DNA of 64,000 nucleotides, taken from positions 558,001 to 622,000 of the forward strand of contig JAPETS010000016.1 of assembly GCA_026023565.1 (NCBI GenBank). The letters run 5' to 3'. Under the pieces are notes generated by a model. The model saw nothing but the letters and a program-made list of their open reading frames with translations, did not search any database and was not told the DNA's origin. This document shows positions 27,797 through 40,004 of the stretch, piece by piece. The translations under genes were made by a program, and so were the position numbers. The stretch comes from Cirrosporium novae-zelandiae. Its lineage: Eukaryota. Every line of letters begins with the position of its first letter. The stretch's first letter is position 1.

Positions 27797-28299
27797 TCGA
27801 CTTCCGTCTTGTTTGGATTATGGTGTCTTGGTCTTTACTTTGGGGAGAATTCAAGGAACTTTGGCGGCTTTTGGTGCTAGGAATCCCACAAAAAAGGAAG
27901 ACTGGTTATGGAATGGATTGAGTTGTATCGATTCTGGTTCATGGTCAGTGAGAGATTATTCCTTTGGGATTTGGTATTATATTTCTTTTGTAGGAGACCA
28001 CAATTATTCAGAAGCCTATGTGCTTTGCTACTCTTCATGACTAGAGAATTTACAATGTGTATAACTCTCAGTCGTCATCCATACATTCATGCATACATAC
28101 ATGGCCGTGTGCAATACGAAAGTTTACTACAAGAACAATTCTGTGTTTTATATCTAACAATTATAATGTATATAGTTCTACTACTTCAAGTAAGGACTAC
28201 TATTGCTTGCGGGTAATCCATACCGCTACCTTTCTCCACACACATCATCCTAGGATTTTTTTTATTGTTTGTCCGAACCAATCACTACACATCCTTGAA

Positions 28300-28495
28300 A
28301 TAATTCGGTAGTGCATCAAGCAAGCACTTTGATTGTGTCCGTCCCCTTCTTGAGCTGCTGGCCCGCTGTTCTAGATAAAAGGGGCCTTGCTCAACCTTCG
28401 CGCGTCTATGTCATGAAATAAGCACTTCAACCGTGGAGGCCCCCCGAAAAGCATAGACACGCTTGACTGGAACATGGAAGAGATGCCACGAGGGA
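28300..28495 (-). ncRNA. Candidate structured non-coding RNA, class unknown
   Basis: GC-rich island with several stems whose G-U wobbles favour the minus strand: GCGUGUCUAUG/CAUAGACGCGC, and UUGAGC..GGCCC/GGGCC..GCUCAA. Confidence 0.4.
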
Positions 28496-29338
28496 GAAAT
28501 GGGATAACTAAATTGATGATGGTGAGTTAAAATAGATAATTAGGGAAGGGTATAGATACTACTGGTTAGCTAGGTTTGGAGGATTAGATATATGGTTACA
28601 CTTTGATACTTTTAGGAAAAAGAGGATGGGATGGGATGGAGAGGTTATAATGATATTGATTTTTCGGGATGGATATGGTTTGCTATCTTTTTGGGTGTTG
28701 TTATTATTCGATTGAAATCCTATGCTACTTTTCCACGGCTTTTCCTGTTCGTTTGGATATGTAATAGCACTATGGGTTGAGCGCTAGATTCTCATCATCA
28801 TCATCATTACTAGATGCCATAATGTCCACGGCCCCCCTCAGGTATAATTGGTTCTCATGTATCATGGCCAGGATTCCAACCCCCCGACGGTCCTGTGATG
28901 CTCGAAGGGAAGCTTGCACTTCTAGAGTTTTTGCTGGATGTAATATACCAGCAAACGATAGATCGATTGGTAGAAACGATAAGTGACAGTGTCAAATCGC
29001 AAATAAATATCTTAACGTTTGCTCAAAAGGCTTGTTGCTGCCTAGCCAGCCTCCTCCAGTCGTAATGAACATCGGATCCCCCAAGCCTCTCGGAGGACGA
29101 AATGTAGATGATTGTAATTAGATTAGGGTTTTGGTCTAGCTGTTTTTGAAGTCTTGGTAGGTTGCTCTGGACAGCTCAGATAAGGAGGATATAAGACCTC
29201 ACTGAATCCGTACTGGTCATTGGTCGTTGAGCTTTAAGGATATGGTCTGTCGGTCTAATGCGATCTCCATGATGCTCAGAAATGCGTTTGATTTCCTTAT
29301 CCAGAGAGTCACGTCCGTGGATCTGGTTTTGAAAGTTG

Positions 29339-29926
29339 TCATATCATATCATGGTCTCTGATTTCCTCCTGTTCCCTCAGATGTATGCCTTCAACCAAAC
29401 TCACTCCCTCCATAGTCACATCTTCCCCTTCCTTTGTCGACTCATTTCGTCCCTCTTGTGCTTTCTGAGTACCTTCAATCCTTTCTCTTACGAGCCTAGC
29501 AATAGCATTCTGCGTCCTGGGTCTCAAGATCGTCATTTTCTCGTCCAGCCGTCGCTTGAGATCTGCAGTAGGTTTTTTTGGTTGTAATTTGAACAGATCA
29601 ATTGGTTTATCCTCAGCTTCTTCTCGCATAGCTTCTTCCGCCACGGCTTCGCTGATCTCTTTGGCCTGGTCCTCGAGCGTGATCTGTCCGTCTATAGGAG
29701 TATTTTCAAACCCCAGCTTGGGTCCACGAGTCTCAAAATCGTAGTTTCGGCCGGTTAAATGTTTCGATATCGCATCATCTAAGGGTTCATCTTCAAGTAG
29801 GTCATTGCTCCCCTCCCGTGCATCTTCAGCTACCTCGGATTGCTTGCGTTTTAGAGATCGTAGCTTGGCAAGTCTTGCCTTGCGCTCGTTTGCTGCGGCG
29901 TCGAGACTGGTATGATTAGATGACAT
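29339..29926 (-). CDS. cwf18: Pre-mRNA splicing factor Cwf18 (CCDC12)
   Basis: Motifs ERKARLAKLRSLKRK, GRNYD, DLFKLQPKKP-DLKR and RTQNAIARLVRERI. Confidence 0.9.
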   Translation of the reverse strand: MSSNHTSLDAAANERKARLAKLRSLKRKQSEVAEDAREGSNDLLEDEPLDDAISKHLTGRNYDFETRGPKLGFENTPIDGQITLEDQAKEISEAVAEEAMREEAEDKPIDLFKLQPKKPTADLKRRLDEKMTILRPRTQNAIARLVRERIEGTQKAQEGRNESTKEGEDVTMEGVSLVEGIHLREQEEIRDHDMI

Positions 29927-30274
29927 GTTGAGAGAGAGTATATGTTGTCTTCAAAAAACGTAGTATTTTGTACCTGGAAGAACGAGTGTTGTGTATAAGC
30001 AAGTTACTTGGGAAGATAGTCTAGTTGCGGAAAAGAGCTCTCGGTAAGATTCATGGAGCTAGCAAAGTAGACTAAGCCACAGTCATAGCCACCAGCCTCA
30101 ACCTTAAATTTTTGATATCAACTCCAAACTCTGAAAGTTGCAATTATTTCAAAAGTTCGAAACACTATTCAACGACCTTGGCGATACATATTTCTCCCTC
30201 CAAAAAACCCCTGTACACCAGTTCTTCTCGGCTTTGCCATTGATGGTTGTTCACCTCCAAGAAAAGAACGGTTA

Positions 30275-32791
30275 ATGCCAGTCCGTGTACCAGGCCCATC
30301 GCGATGCTCTGCTTTGTCTGAGCTCCCAGTTCTTCCATTTCTCGCCCCCCGATTACTCCGTCCATGGCCATATCCTCGACTAATACAGACTCAAACCCCT
30401 CACATCAAGACTAGCCGGCTCAAATGTCAATGTGATGGACAACGCGGGCTGCAACAGCAGATATCAAGACCCACTTGCTATCAGCGACCGCACCAATTAC
30501 AGAGGTCATTAACCGGACTTGCTTTGGATCAAAAGCAAGAACCCAGGCATCCAGTTACCGAAGACCCAAGCAATAAACGGCCACAAAAATCAGGTTGGGA
30601 AAAAGAATGGAAGAACCTTCTCAATGACGGACATGCAAATAAAGCCGAGATCCTAAAAACGCTAGGAAGGACAGCCGAGGCATTTGGGAATGATGAAGAT
30701 GCATTGGCATGGGCGGAAGAACATATCCAGGACATTTCAACCATTGAAAACATTTCGAAGGAATGGGAGAAGCTCTCATTTAATGAGCGTACGATATTTT
30801 GGCCAACTATAATACTACAATATCTCCAAACGTCTCCACGCAACGCTATACATTTTCTCAAGGCTACTTTTTTACTTGAGCCGGAGCGTTGGGAACCATA
30901 TTCTGGAGATTGTATCAATTACCTCTGCACATTCTACCTTGAAGATGCTAAAGGTAGTGATTTTGAACGCAACTACGACCTATTGAGTGAGCTCCTTGAA
31001 ATACTTGATCACAACTTTAAGCTGCAACATCGATACCAATTCCTCATATTTGTTTTAATTAAGCATGCTACACCCCTACAACTCGTTGACCTTTTCTCAA
31101 AGTATTGCACCGACGAAAGGCGGATTCGAAGTTGGACTCTTCTTCAATTTTCCCGGGCCTTTTGTGATGTTGGTGACACAAATTCAGCACTCAAAGTGCT
31201 GAAGTTACCACAGATAGGCCAAATGGCATATTGTTCTAACCCCTATGTTGTTAAAAGATTTCAAAGCGGGGTTGTCGGTTTGGTTAATGCGGTTAGGTTG
31301 AATGATCCCGATAACCTATTCAACATCTTTGAGGAATTGCTTATCATGTATCCATCATGTTCCAACAGCTATAATGTGGTTATCTTGTGTTGCATTGGCC
31401 AGGGAGATTACAGAGGCGCCTGGGATATATACGAGTCAATGCTACAGCTCGAAATTACACCGAATGAAATGACCTTTTCAACGCTCTTGAAGATGGTCAA
31501 GGAACGGTTGAGCCCAGAAGACCTTCAACGAATAATTAAGGAGGCCACATCTTTCGGCATACTAGATTCAGCTTCCCCACAGTATCAAAGTGAATCACTA
31601 CCATGGGAAATTCGCCAATATTATTCTTTGCTTATCGTGAATTCCCTTCGTGAAGGAGAGATACGCAATGCTATGGATCTATACGAGTTATCTAAGCAGC
31701 AGAATTTCGAACCAACATTTACGATGCTTTGGTTTTTCCTGCAGGATGCTAGTAATCGTCGCGATTTCAATATGGCTCAATGGGTGATAAAGGAGGCTAG
31801 CTCACTGGGCTTGATGCAGACTAACAGAATGTTCGGTTCTAGTGCCATGGTCGCTATTTATCGAATATACAGTGGCAGCAGGCGTACTGGATATGCTGCA
31901 ATGCTATCAGTCTACAGAACCTTTTTTAGTATCAAACCCCTTGTAGACCTCGGCATCGTATCAGGACATACAATGCAGTTGGATGATACTACACCTGAAC
32001 CGTCACTAGCAGTGTTAAAGCCACTTATTATGGCGTTCGTTCGTCAATGTACTAATAAGGAAAAACTATACGATATCTGGCTTCGATATCAGCATCTTGT
32101 CAACACTGGTCACCCAGTCATCTCTCGCTTGGTAGCGGATGACTATATCAATAACGCCTTCATCATTTCATTCGGGGAGCTGAAAGCGACGTTGAAGTTT
32201 TGCACCCGTGTGCTAGAATTTATGCTCCAACCGACGGATGTCAACATTCAGGGAACTTTTGAGCCTGTGACGAAACAGGTGCCAACCATTTACACATGGA
32301 CAGTCGTCCTATACGCCTTTTCCAGACACGGACAACGCAAGGCTGCCGAAAAAGTCCTAACAATGATGAAAAAAAGAGATATCACACCGAACAGCGTTAC
32401 TTTCAATTCCTTACTGTCTAGTCACGCCCGAGCGCACGACATAATGGCCGTGGTGAATGTGCTAGAAAGAATGCAGGACGCCGACCTCGAAATGGATTCT
32501 CATACGTTTACAATCCTTTCAGTTAACGGTATGTCGAGCTTGTTGGAAGAAGCTTTCCGGCAGTCGAGGGAGAACCGAGGACTTGATATTAATTCCAAAC
32601 ATGCGGAAGACGGGCTTGAAGATATAAAAGAAGGCCGTGAGACTCTCTTTGAGGATTTGGGTGGTCAAGGCAATGAGGCAGGGCTTGAGGATCGTAGTAA
32701 CGAAGATATGCACATTGATAATGAGCACGTTGATAACCAGCATGTTGATCTGGCGGTATCCAGCACAATGGACGGTTTATCTGAAAGATAA
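30275..32791 (+). CDS. Pentatricopeptide-repeat protein, probably mitochondrial
   Basis: Single-exon 838-aa ORF with an Arg-rich presequence-like N-terminus (LPFLAPR) and PPR motifs such as PTIYTWTVVLYAFSRHGQ and PNSVTFNSLLSSHARAHD. Confidence 0.85.
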   Translation: MPVRVPGPSRCSALSELPVLPFLAPRLLRPWPYPRLIQTQTPHIKTSRLKCQCDGQRGLQQQISRPTCYQRPHQLQRSLTGLALDQKQEPRHPVTEDPSNKRPQKSGWEKEWKNLLNDGHANKAEILKTLGRTAEAFGNDEDALAWAEEHIQDISTIENISKEWEKLSFNERTIFWPTIILQYLQTSPRNAIHFLKATFLLEPERWEPYSGDCINYLCTFYLEDAKGSDFERNYDLLSELLEILDHNFKLQHRYQFLIFVLIKHATPLQLVDLFSKYCTDERRIRSWTLLQFSRAFCDVGDTNSALKVLKLPQIGQMAYCSNPYVVKRFQSGVVGLVNAVRLNDPDNLFNIFEELLIMYPSCSNSYNVVILCCIGQGDYRGAWDIYESMLQLEITPNEMTFSTLLKMVKERLSPEDLQRIIKEATSFGILDSASPQYQSESLPWEIRQYYSLLIVNSLREGEIRNAMDLYELSKQQNFEPTFTMLWFFLQDASNRRDFNMAQWVIKEASSLGLMQTNRMFGSSAMVAIYRIYSGSRRTGYAAMLSVYRTFFSIKPLVDLGIVSGHTMQLDDTTPEPSLAVLKPLIMAFVRQCTNKEKLYDIWLRYQHLVNTGHPVISRLVADDYINNAFIISFGELKATLKFCTRVLEFMLQPTDVNIQGTFEPVTKQVPTIYTWTVVLYAFSRHGQRKAAEKVLTMMKKRDITPNSVTFNSLLSSHARAHDIMAVVNVLERMQDADLEMDSHTFTILSVNGMSSLLEEAFRQSRENRGLDINSKHAEDGLEDIKEGRETLFEDLGGQGNEAGLEDRSNEDMHIDNEHVDNQHVDLAVSSTMDGLSER

Positions 32792-34355
32792 ATGTGAATA
32801 AATGTATTTGTATAATTGATTATTATGGAATTATGGACAATGTCAAACCAATGATAGCTCATCGTAAAGTAAGTAAGTACTGTACAATTAAGCAGAGGTT
32901 GAAATACCTAGTTATTATAATTCGAGCTAGAGTAGAGAAGTAGGTAGACGACTTTACCACAAGAACAATAGTTTTATTTAGCTTTAAGAATATCCTTCCC
33001 CTCCGGAATTAAAATGGAAGAGATTCAGAGCTAGAGTTTAAACTGGAGTACTATACGACATTCCTGATGACAGTTAAAAGATGTAGAAGACCGCGGAGGA
33101 TATATATCTAGGAATGCCTCTTAATGTTGCTGGTAATACATACTCATACTTCTTAACTTCATAAATCCAGATATATCTACTACTACGGCTGATAGTCCTG
33201 TGGCTCTAGCTTTAGTCGAGGTAGCTTTCAATTGCTTCTACGGTTAGTTCTAGTGAGAACAAGAATAATCTCGACAATAATCACATTTTCTGTCCTATAC
33301 CTATTGGCAAAGGCATAACAGGACGCACTCGTCTGAAGATTGAAGGGGAAGCGAGTAACAAAAATGCAATTGGATAAAGTGTTCATCAGATACCATAACG
33401 CAATCGAAGTCTTCAAAGTCTCCGAAGAGAACTCAGTGCTTGACTCTATAAATTGGTTCATCATCACCTGAACATAGGAATGTAGGATTGGATCCGGCTC
33501 CTTCGACAGAGCTTCCACAAGTTCGCCATCATATCCGTCCGTGAAGAACAGGACCACGAGCTTGATGCTTTGCAATAAGCTACGGATCTTGTAAAAAAAT
33601 GCGTGAACTCCTCGTATCAAGAATAAGCCCCATCGAGTTACTCCAAGGTCACACAGCAAGCTGAGGACAAAAGAGCAATCGCATAACTATCGACTGCGAC
33701 GAAAGAGCCTCTTCGCGCCTGGATCTCATGTTTCAATCTCCGTTCAGAACCAATATGCCTCCTCTCACCCATCCCACAAGTCGAATTGTAGCACCAAGGT
33801 CAAAGGGCGTGGACTCGTATCGTTATCCATGTGATCCCTCAGCTCCGACACCAAATCCAACAAGTGGGACCAAGCGAGAGTCCAAACGGCATATGGGGGG
33901 AGAAATACCAAGAGAGGTAACGAGAGGGTAAGCCGCAATAAAGCTGCTTCTATGGCGGCGCGTTTCCGCATGCCTGGCAACAGAGGCCAGGATGTCCGGG
34001 GACTTTCTCCCAAAGCATTATGATCTCGAAAGAGATCGAAGTATCCATAGGATGCTTCTGTCTGTAGCTTCGAATGCGATTCTTTGAACGAGGAGTTGTA
34101 AGAATAAAGGAAGAATAGAAAATTTTAGAAAATTTCAGAGCTTTTTATGTTGAGAAAAGCTTGTGGTTAGTGTGTGAAACTCTTGGCGTGTTTGCTCTGT
34201 TTTGATGCAAATGCCTGGCGAAGGTCAGAGCTTCTCTACATTTTGTAACTTCAGGCTGAGGTGCCGCATATTCCAATCCATGAATGATTTCTAAGATATA
34301 ACACATCGAATACTCCACATCAACCTTTGACATAAATTACCAAGATCCTCTCACC

Positions 34356-35621
34356 ATGGCGGGCCTCTTTGGCACGACTACGACCTCTTCTTCAACAACC
34401 GCAAGCACGTCCGGCGATATATCAAAAGATGCTCCCATCAGTAATCCACCTGAGGATGGTATCTCCGACCTATCCTTCTCTTCAGCAGCAGACTTCCTTG
34501 CCGTTGCTTCATGGGATAAAAAGACCAGAATTTATGAGATTGATGGTAATGGCCAGAGCCAGGGAAAAGCCATGATTGAACATGAGGGACCTGTACTAAG
34601 CTGTGCGTGGTCGAAGGTAGGGCTTTCTTCCCATGAGATGACTTGCTACCCAAGTTCCTATCTCTATAATGGGCTATAACTAATCTATTTTCGCAGGATG
34701 GCACCAAAATCGCCAGTGCAGGTGCAGATAAAGCAGTGCGCATGCTTGACTTGGCCGCCAACACAGGCAAAGCTCAGCAAGTCGCCGCACACGATGAACC
34801 TATTCGCTCGATTCGTTTTGTGGATGTACAAGGCCAGGCTATGCTTGTCAGTGGTGGCTGGGATAAAAAAGTGAAATACTGGGACTTGCGACAATCTACC
34901 CCAGTAGCCACGCTCGACTGCCAAGAACGGGTCTATACTATGGATAGTAAAGACAACCTATTAGTAATTGGAACAGCGGATCGATATATCAATATTGTGA
35001 ACCTAACACAACCGGGAACCTTTTATAAGACAATGCAGAGTCCATTGAAGTGGCAAACAAGGGTAGTGAGTTGCTTCACAGATGCAACTGGATTTGCTGT
35101 GGGGAGCATCGAGGGAAGATGTGCTATCCAGTATGTGGAGGATAAAGATTCTAGGTTTGTTGGGCTTTTCTCAATCCTTATGCATCCCCCTTTCACCCAT
35201 TCTCCCTTTCATACTTTCTCAATGAACTCGAAACCAACTAACCCCCGGCGGCAAAAGTTCCAACTTCTCTTTCAAATGCCATCGTGAACAAGCCTCGGCT
35301 CCCTCGCGTGACACCCAAGTCTACTCCGTCAACGCCATATCCTTCCACCCCGTTCACGGTACTTTTAGTACTGCCGGTTCCGACGGTACATTCCATTTCT
35401 GGGACAAGGATGCCAAACATCGACTCAAAGGGTATCCGCCTGTCGGAGGCCCCATCTCATGTACCGCATTCAACCGGACAGGCACCATATTTGCCTATGG
35501 CGTTAGCTACGACTGGAGTAAGGGGTATTCGGCGAATAATCCACAAACTCCAAATAAAATCATGTTACATCCCGTGAACCAGGAGGAAATCAAGCCAAGA
35601 CAGGTTGCAAAGAAGAGGTAG
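34356..35621 (+). CDS. GLE2: mRNA export factor / nucleoporin Rae1/Gle2 (SonA), WD40
   Basis: Exons 34356-34616, 34697-35154 and 35258-35621. Motifs SPLKWQTRVVSCF, GSIEGRCAIQY, NFSFKCHR, FWDKDAKHRLK and SYDWSKG. Confidence 0.97.
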
Positions 35622-37399
35622 TTGTGAGTGAGTGGGTAAGATAGAGAACAGAAAAGCGCGAGGTTATTACTTTAGCGTGAGGAATTAACTAAGAGGGCCG
35701 AGCTACATGATATTGGAAAGGAGGATGAACGGGACGGCAGGCTGAAAGAATGAGATTATAACTATTTGGACACACGCACATGAAGGCGACCAACCACACA
35801 CACACGTACTTGATTTATATCGCTGACCGTTACGATGAGATAAGCTATCTACTTATTTCAACAACATCGTCTGTCTCATGGAAGGAATCAAAAGGTTTTA
35901 GAATTGATACAACCGGGATGTCGATGTTGGGATGTTGGGGGGCCGAATGTGTTACACCAACTAACTACAGGGGGAAAGGAAGTGGAAGGGAGGGAAGGGG
36001 AAAGGAGGGGGGGGGGGCTGCGAATAAGGGAAGCATGCGCGAAGGAATCCATGATAGTTTAAGATACCATTAATCAATTAATACAACTTGCGCAGTCAGT
36101 CTGTCAGTCTGTATAAACAACTAGATCGTATATAAAATATGACTGAAGTAAATAAATGTAGCTATAAATATATATATAGATATATATGCTAACCCTCTAC
36201 CTACTAAGGGTGTTGAATTTTTGTAATACGAGGTATCAAACACACATACACATATACACACACAATTCATGATATCTACCTAGGTACCTAGATATCCAGC
36301 ATAGAAGAATCGAATCGAATCGAATCTAGTCTCGAACCCAAAGAACCATGCATTTATGTATGTATAGACCTAGTTGATTAATAAATTAATCCGAAAGCCA
36401 CATATACGAAGTACATATAACCACCACCACAACCATAATCGTAATCCCCACCTCTCTAGCTAGGTAGTAACCCTAGGAAACCCTCCAACCTTCAAACTAC
36501 AGTAACTATACTATAAATATCCGCATTTCGGATCTGGATTCGTTCGGTGAGGTAAAGTGAGGTGAGGTGGTTTTGTTGTGGGAAGGGAAGGTAAAGAAAG
36601 GGAAGGGGAGGGGAGGGAGGGATCTATCGTGTTGTGTTATGTAAGTACTAGGTGTGGGTATGAGTGTATGGATGTAGAGGAGAGAGGGGAGGGGGTTCGT
36701 TTATTGGTTGTTTTGATGGGTTTGGTGGTTGAGGAGGTGTTGGGTGGGTGGGAGACACGTAAGAAGAGATAGATAGATAGATAGAAAAGATGGATGGAAA
36801 TAGTAAGGGGTTAGCATTGGTGGCATTGGTGGCATTGATGGTATTAGTGGAATCGGTTGCTTGCTTGCTTGGGGGTTCGAGGGCTAGCGTCGTTGAGGTT
36901 TTTGGATCTAGTTGTTTGCTGAGGTGAGGTCTATTGGGTTGAGTTTGGTTGGGTCGGGGGAGAGACAGTAATAAATATATAGAGGAGGAATGGTGTCTGC
37001 GGGCCACACTTCCACTCCACTTAGTATTTGGGTGGGTGAGTCTTCTAGTCGATAGTTTGCCTATACTTTTAGGTTGGAGGGCTTAGAGATAAAGTGATGT
37101 CAATCAATCGATTAAGGTACGAATTTTTTTTTTCCAACGGAACTAACTCTAGTACTGAAAGCCCACGGTCAAGGTTATAGGACCGTTGTTTTTATGTCGC
37201 TGCGCTGCTTGCGCTTGAGCATCCTCTCGGCGGCTGTCGTTATAGCATGACAATTGGAACTCCTTCTAGTGTAGACAGCCATTGAAATCCTCGTTCTTGC
37301 ATCCGTGGGCCTCGATAATGAGGTCAAGCAGGTGATGTCAGTGGATCGGGGCTATAGAATCCTTGGAGCACTCTATACTTCATGTAGTGGGAAACTAGT

Positions 37400-37700
37400 G
37401 GCCTCTAGGGTAACTTGATTTGCGCGAAAAATAACGTTCCGAGTTCCTGGCAGATTTTCCGGTTTGTGAAGATCATGCTTTGGATATCATTCACATATTA
37501 TGCTGTCTGTGCAGGCTGAATTTGCAGGGTTTGTCTTGTTGTTGTCGTCGATATCGCCATCATGAGAATTGCACCCATGGTTAGATTGGAAATAGTTCGA
37601 AGTTATGTGTTCGTAGATACTGCTATGCAGTTCGGGTGGAAGGGAAGAGGAAAAGGAATGGAGCTTGCAGAGATATAAATGGAAGGAGTGCTTTTATTGC
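37400..37700 (-). pseudogene. F-box-like gene relic
   Basis: APFLFL/SLPPELHSSIYEHI (frameshifted F-box-like motif), then after a second shift SMIFTNRKICQELGTLFF, resembling the downstream helix of fungal F-box-like proteins. Confidence 0.5.
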
Positions 37701-38050
37701 TGCGAGGGGGGGGGGGTGTTCTGAAGGCGTTTTGGTGCGAATGGTGTGAAGTGAAAATCCTGGCAAGTTGGAGGTGCAGTGTTGGTGTTTTTGATATCTC
37801 ATACCACTCATGTCAAAGCGTCAATGTGTTCTAAATCAAAGAGTGATCCAAATGGACTGGTCGCCGCAAGCGAGTTCAATTATCGCGCAGATCCGTCTAT
37901 TCTCCCTTATTGCATAATTCGTCCGACTTATACTTGTTACCTCAATCCTTGAGGCTTTCTTAGTAGAAATTCTATTATTTTGATGTATAAGACTCTTGCA
38001 GCCTTATCCGGTGAAAGAAGTTTTCTTATTTCCTAAGACAAGATCCGGAA

Positions 38051-39043
38051 TCAATTCCCTATTCCCAATAGAAATTCATGTACCTTCAACTTGAAAGGTT
38101 GCATGCCCTGCTCGTTGGCCTCTATTAAGTTGCGGAGCCTTGTCTTAATGGGAGAAGATTCCGGACATTCAAGAGCTAGGATTGTACATGCTCTTCGTAA
38201 AAAGGACCAGAGATTTGGACTAGACCATTGCAGAGAGTCTGCAAATTCCGCCACTTCCATGATGTGATTGGGTGTAGATTCCAGCTGTAGATCTACAGTT
38301 TCGCAGTTCTCGAACAGAAAGACAAAGAACGACCACCCAGACGCGTCTCGAGGGTTAGCTAAACACCACCTACGAAGAGAATCCATGTCATTAGGAATGT
38401 AAACAGACAATTCACGAGAGAAGATGCCGAATATAGTTCTCAGGTAGTTAAAAGCATAGTAATTATGCTGGTGTTGTTCTGCAGCTCGTAGAACTACTCC
38501 CTTTTCCACTTCCCAACTTCTCGAAGGCTCAATTTGATGTAGGTAAGATTGACGGGAGAAGATCCAGCGACGGTGATCCCACAGAGTTGGAGATTTTGGA
38601 TGTTTGACCAAGTAAGAAGAAGTAAATGATTGTAATAGAGCAAGTTCATTATGGATGGCAGCCATGTAACGGCCTACTTCTTCGGAATCCGTTCCTGGTT
38701 CCCTAAGGGCTTCCTGTTCATAGAACAGAAGACGTCTTTTGCGAAAATTAATAGCCGTGGTATGTTCAGGGGCAAAGAACAGGACCACTAGTGTGGCATC
38801 AAGAGCCGCAGCTACGTTCTTATCTGTCAGCTCATTATAAGAAATCATCTTTGACGCATTGTCGAAAAACAATTGACGCGCCACAGTAAATGCCTGGATA
38901 AGACCATTTTTGGTAATGCCTAAACTTTGACCATCGATGCAGAGAGGAGGTAGATGCCATTTTGGAAGAATCTCGAGTTCAACTATCTTCCCTTGATTCT
39001 GACGAAAAAAGTCACTGATCTCGGTATATAGGTCGAGCTTCAT
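38051..39043 (-). CDS. Protein prenyltransferase alpha-subunit repeat protein (PTAR1/Ecm9-like)
   Basis: Motifs PEHTTAINFRKR, HPKSPTLWDHRRW, HNYYAFNYLR and WCLANPRDASGWSF. Confidence 0.85.
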   Translation of the reverse strand: MKLDLYTEISDFFRQNQGKIVELEILPKWHLPPLCIDGQSLGITKNGLIQAFTVARQLFFDNASKMISYNELTDKNVAAALDATLVVLFFAPEHTTAINFRKRRLLFYEQEALREPGTDSEEVGRYMAAIHNELALLQSFTSSYLVKHPKSPTLWDHRRWIFSRQSYLHQIEPSRSWEVEKGVVLRAAEQHQHNYYAFNYLRTIFGIFSRELSVYIPNDMDSLRRWCLANPRDASGWSFFVFLFENCETVDLQLESTPNHIMEVAEFADSLQWSSPNLWSFLRRACTILALECPESSPIKTRLRNLIEANEQGMQPFKLKVHEFLLGIGN

Positions 39044-39600
39044 TGGACGATGTCGATGGATGATGAATAATCCTGCAAATGTATTAAATCATAAATTATG
39101 GCAACACAATATAATTCCGATTTATTTATGTTGTACAGGGTATGTGATGGTTCGTGCATTGGGATATTTCAGATTAAATCGATTGGCTCTAGATAAGGAC
39201 TTGGCAGTTATAGTGTGCGCTTGTCTACTGAATATATTACATTTCTACCCTACAAGTAAAAAGGCTGAGAGAATAGAGAACAGGCATAAGGCTCATTGAG
39301 CTATCATGAAGCTACCTTATGTGTATGTGTCTCCGCATCACTCCTAATTAATGTCTCATCAAGTTCCACTCCTTTAAGAATCTATCCGCTGTTTTCCATA
39401 AAATCCCTCTGATTTTTCAGTTATTGAAATGAGTAGGTGTGAGAATTGGCCTTCCACTTCGCAGCTGAGTGTGCCACGGTCTACTCTTTTGTAACTGAAG
39501 TTCCCCCCTTAATGACAACTATATATGCATCATCCTCATTAAGACGAAATACACTGTGAACGCAGCTAAAAGTTCAAGTCAACATATCAAAACTTAGCAG

Positions 39601-39879
39601 TCACCAGATCGTATCATACCAGCCTTGATATGCCTCCATGAACTTGGTAAGATCTTTCAGGAAGTCAAGATAACAGAGCTCGAGTAGATCGCGACTTGCC
39701 AAGTGAGACTCGGTGAGTCCATTGTTGGTTATCTCGAGGCCAGGGAGGTTGGTACATTTCCAGCTGGCGTGTATTCTTTTGCTTTCGGGCTCGAAAAGGA
39801 ATAGTCTTCTATCGTCTTTGCTGGGTGGAGGGATAGGAATCATTTCATCGGACTGAGGCATCTTGCTTTCTTTCAACAT
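39601..39879 (-). CDS. Small hypothetical protein (92 aa)
   Basis: ATG-initiated ORF with protein-like composition; no motif recognised. Confidence 0.3.
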   Translation of the reverse strand: MLKESKMPQSDEMIPIPPPSKDDRRLFLFEPESKRIHASWKCTNLPGLEITNNGLTESHLASRDLLELCYLDFLKDLTKFMEAYQGWYDTIW

Positions 39880-39919
39880 ATCGGCGTCATGCTGTTTCGA
39901 AGTGATATTGAAGAAGGAT

Positions 39920-40004
39920 TCAAGTCGAAAGAGAAGGTGTCAAGTTGAAAGAGATTTTAAGTCGAAAGAAGTGTTAAGTCGAAGGGGGCGTTAAGCCAAA
40001 AGAG
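39920..40004. repeat. Five degenerate 17-20 bp units (TYAAGTCGAAAGAG)
   Basis: Units start at 39920, 39940, 39957, 39974 and 39991. Confidence 0.65.

Noticed and set aside
28926..28957. U4-like GUUUUUGCUGG hairpin
   Set aside because: It lacks the U6-pairing 5' stem II and the kink-turn of U4.
33228..34100. Minus-strand ORFs of 143 and 82 aa upstream of RAE1
   Set aside because: They have non-ATG starts, no splice model and no motif. A relic is possible but unsupported without a search.
39920..40004. Repeat arrays here and at 21805-21900 as CRISPR-like
   Set aside because: The genome is eukaryotic, the units are degenerate, and there are no unique spacers or cas genes.
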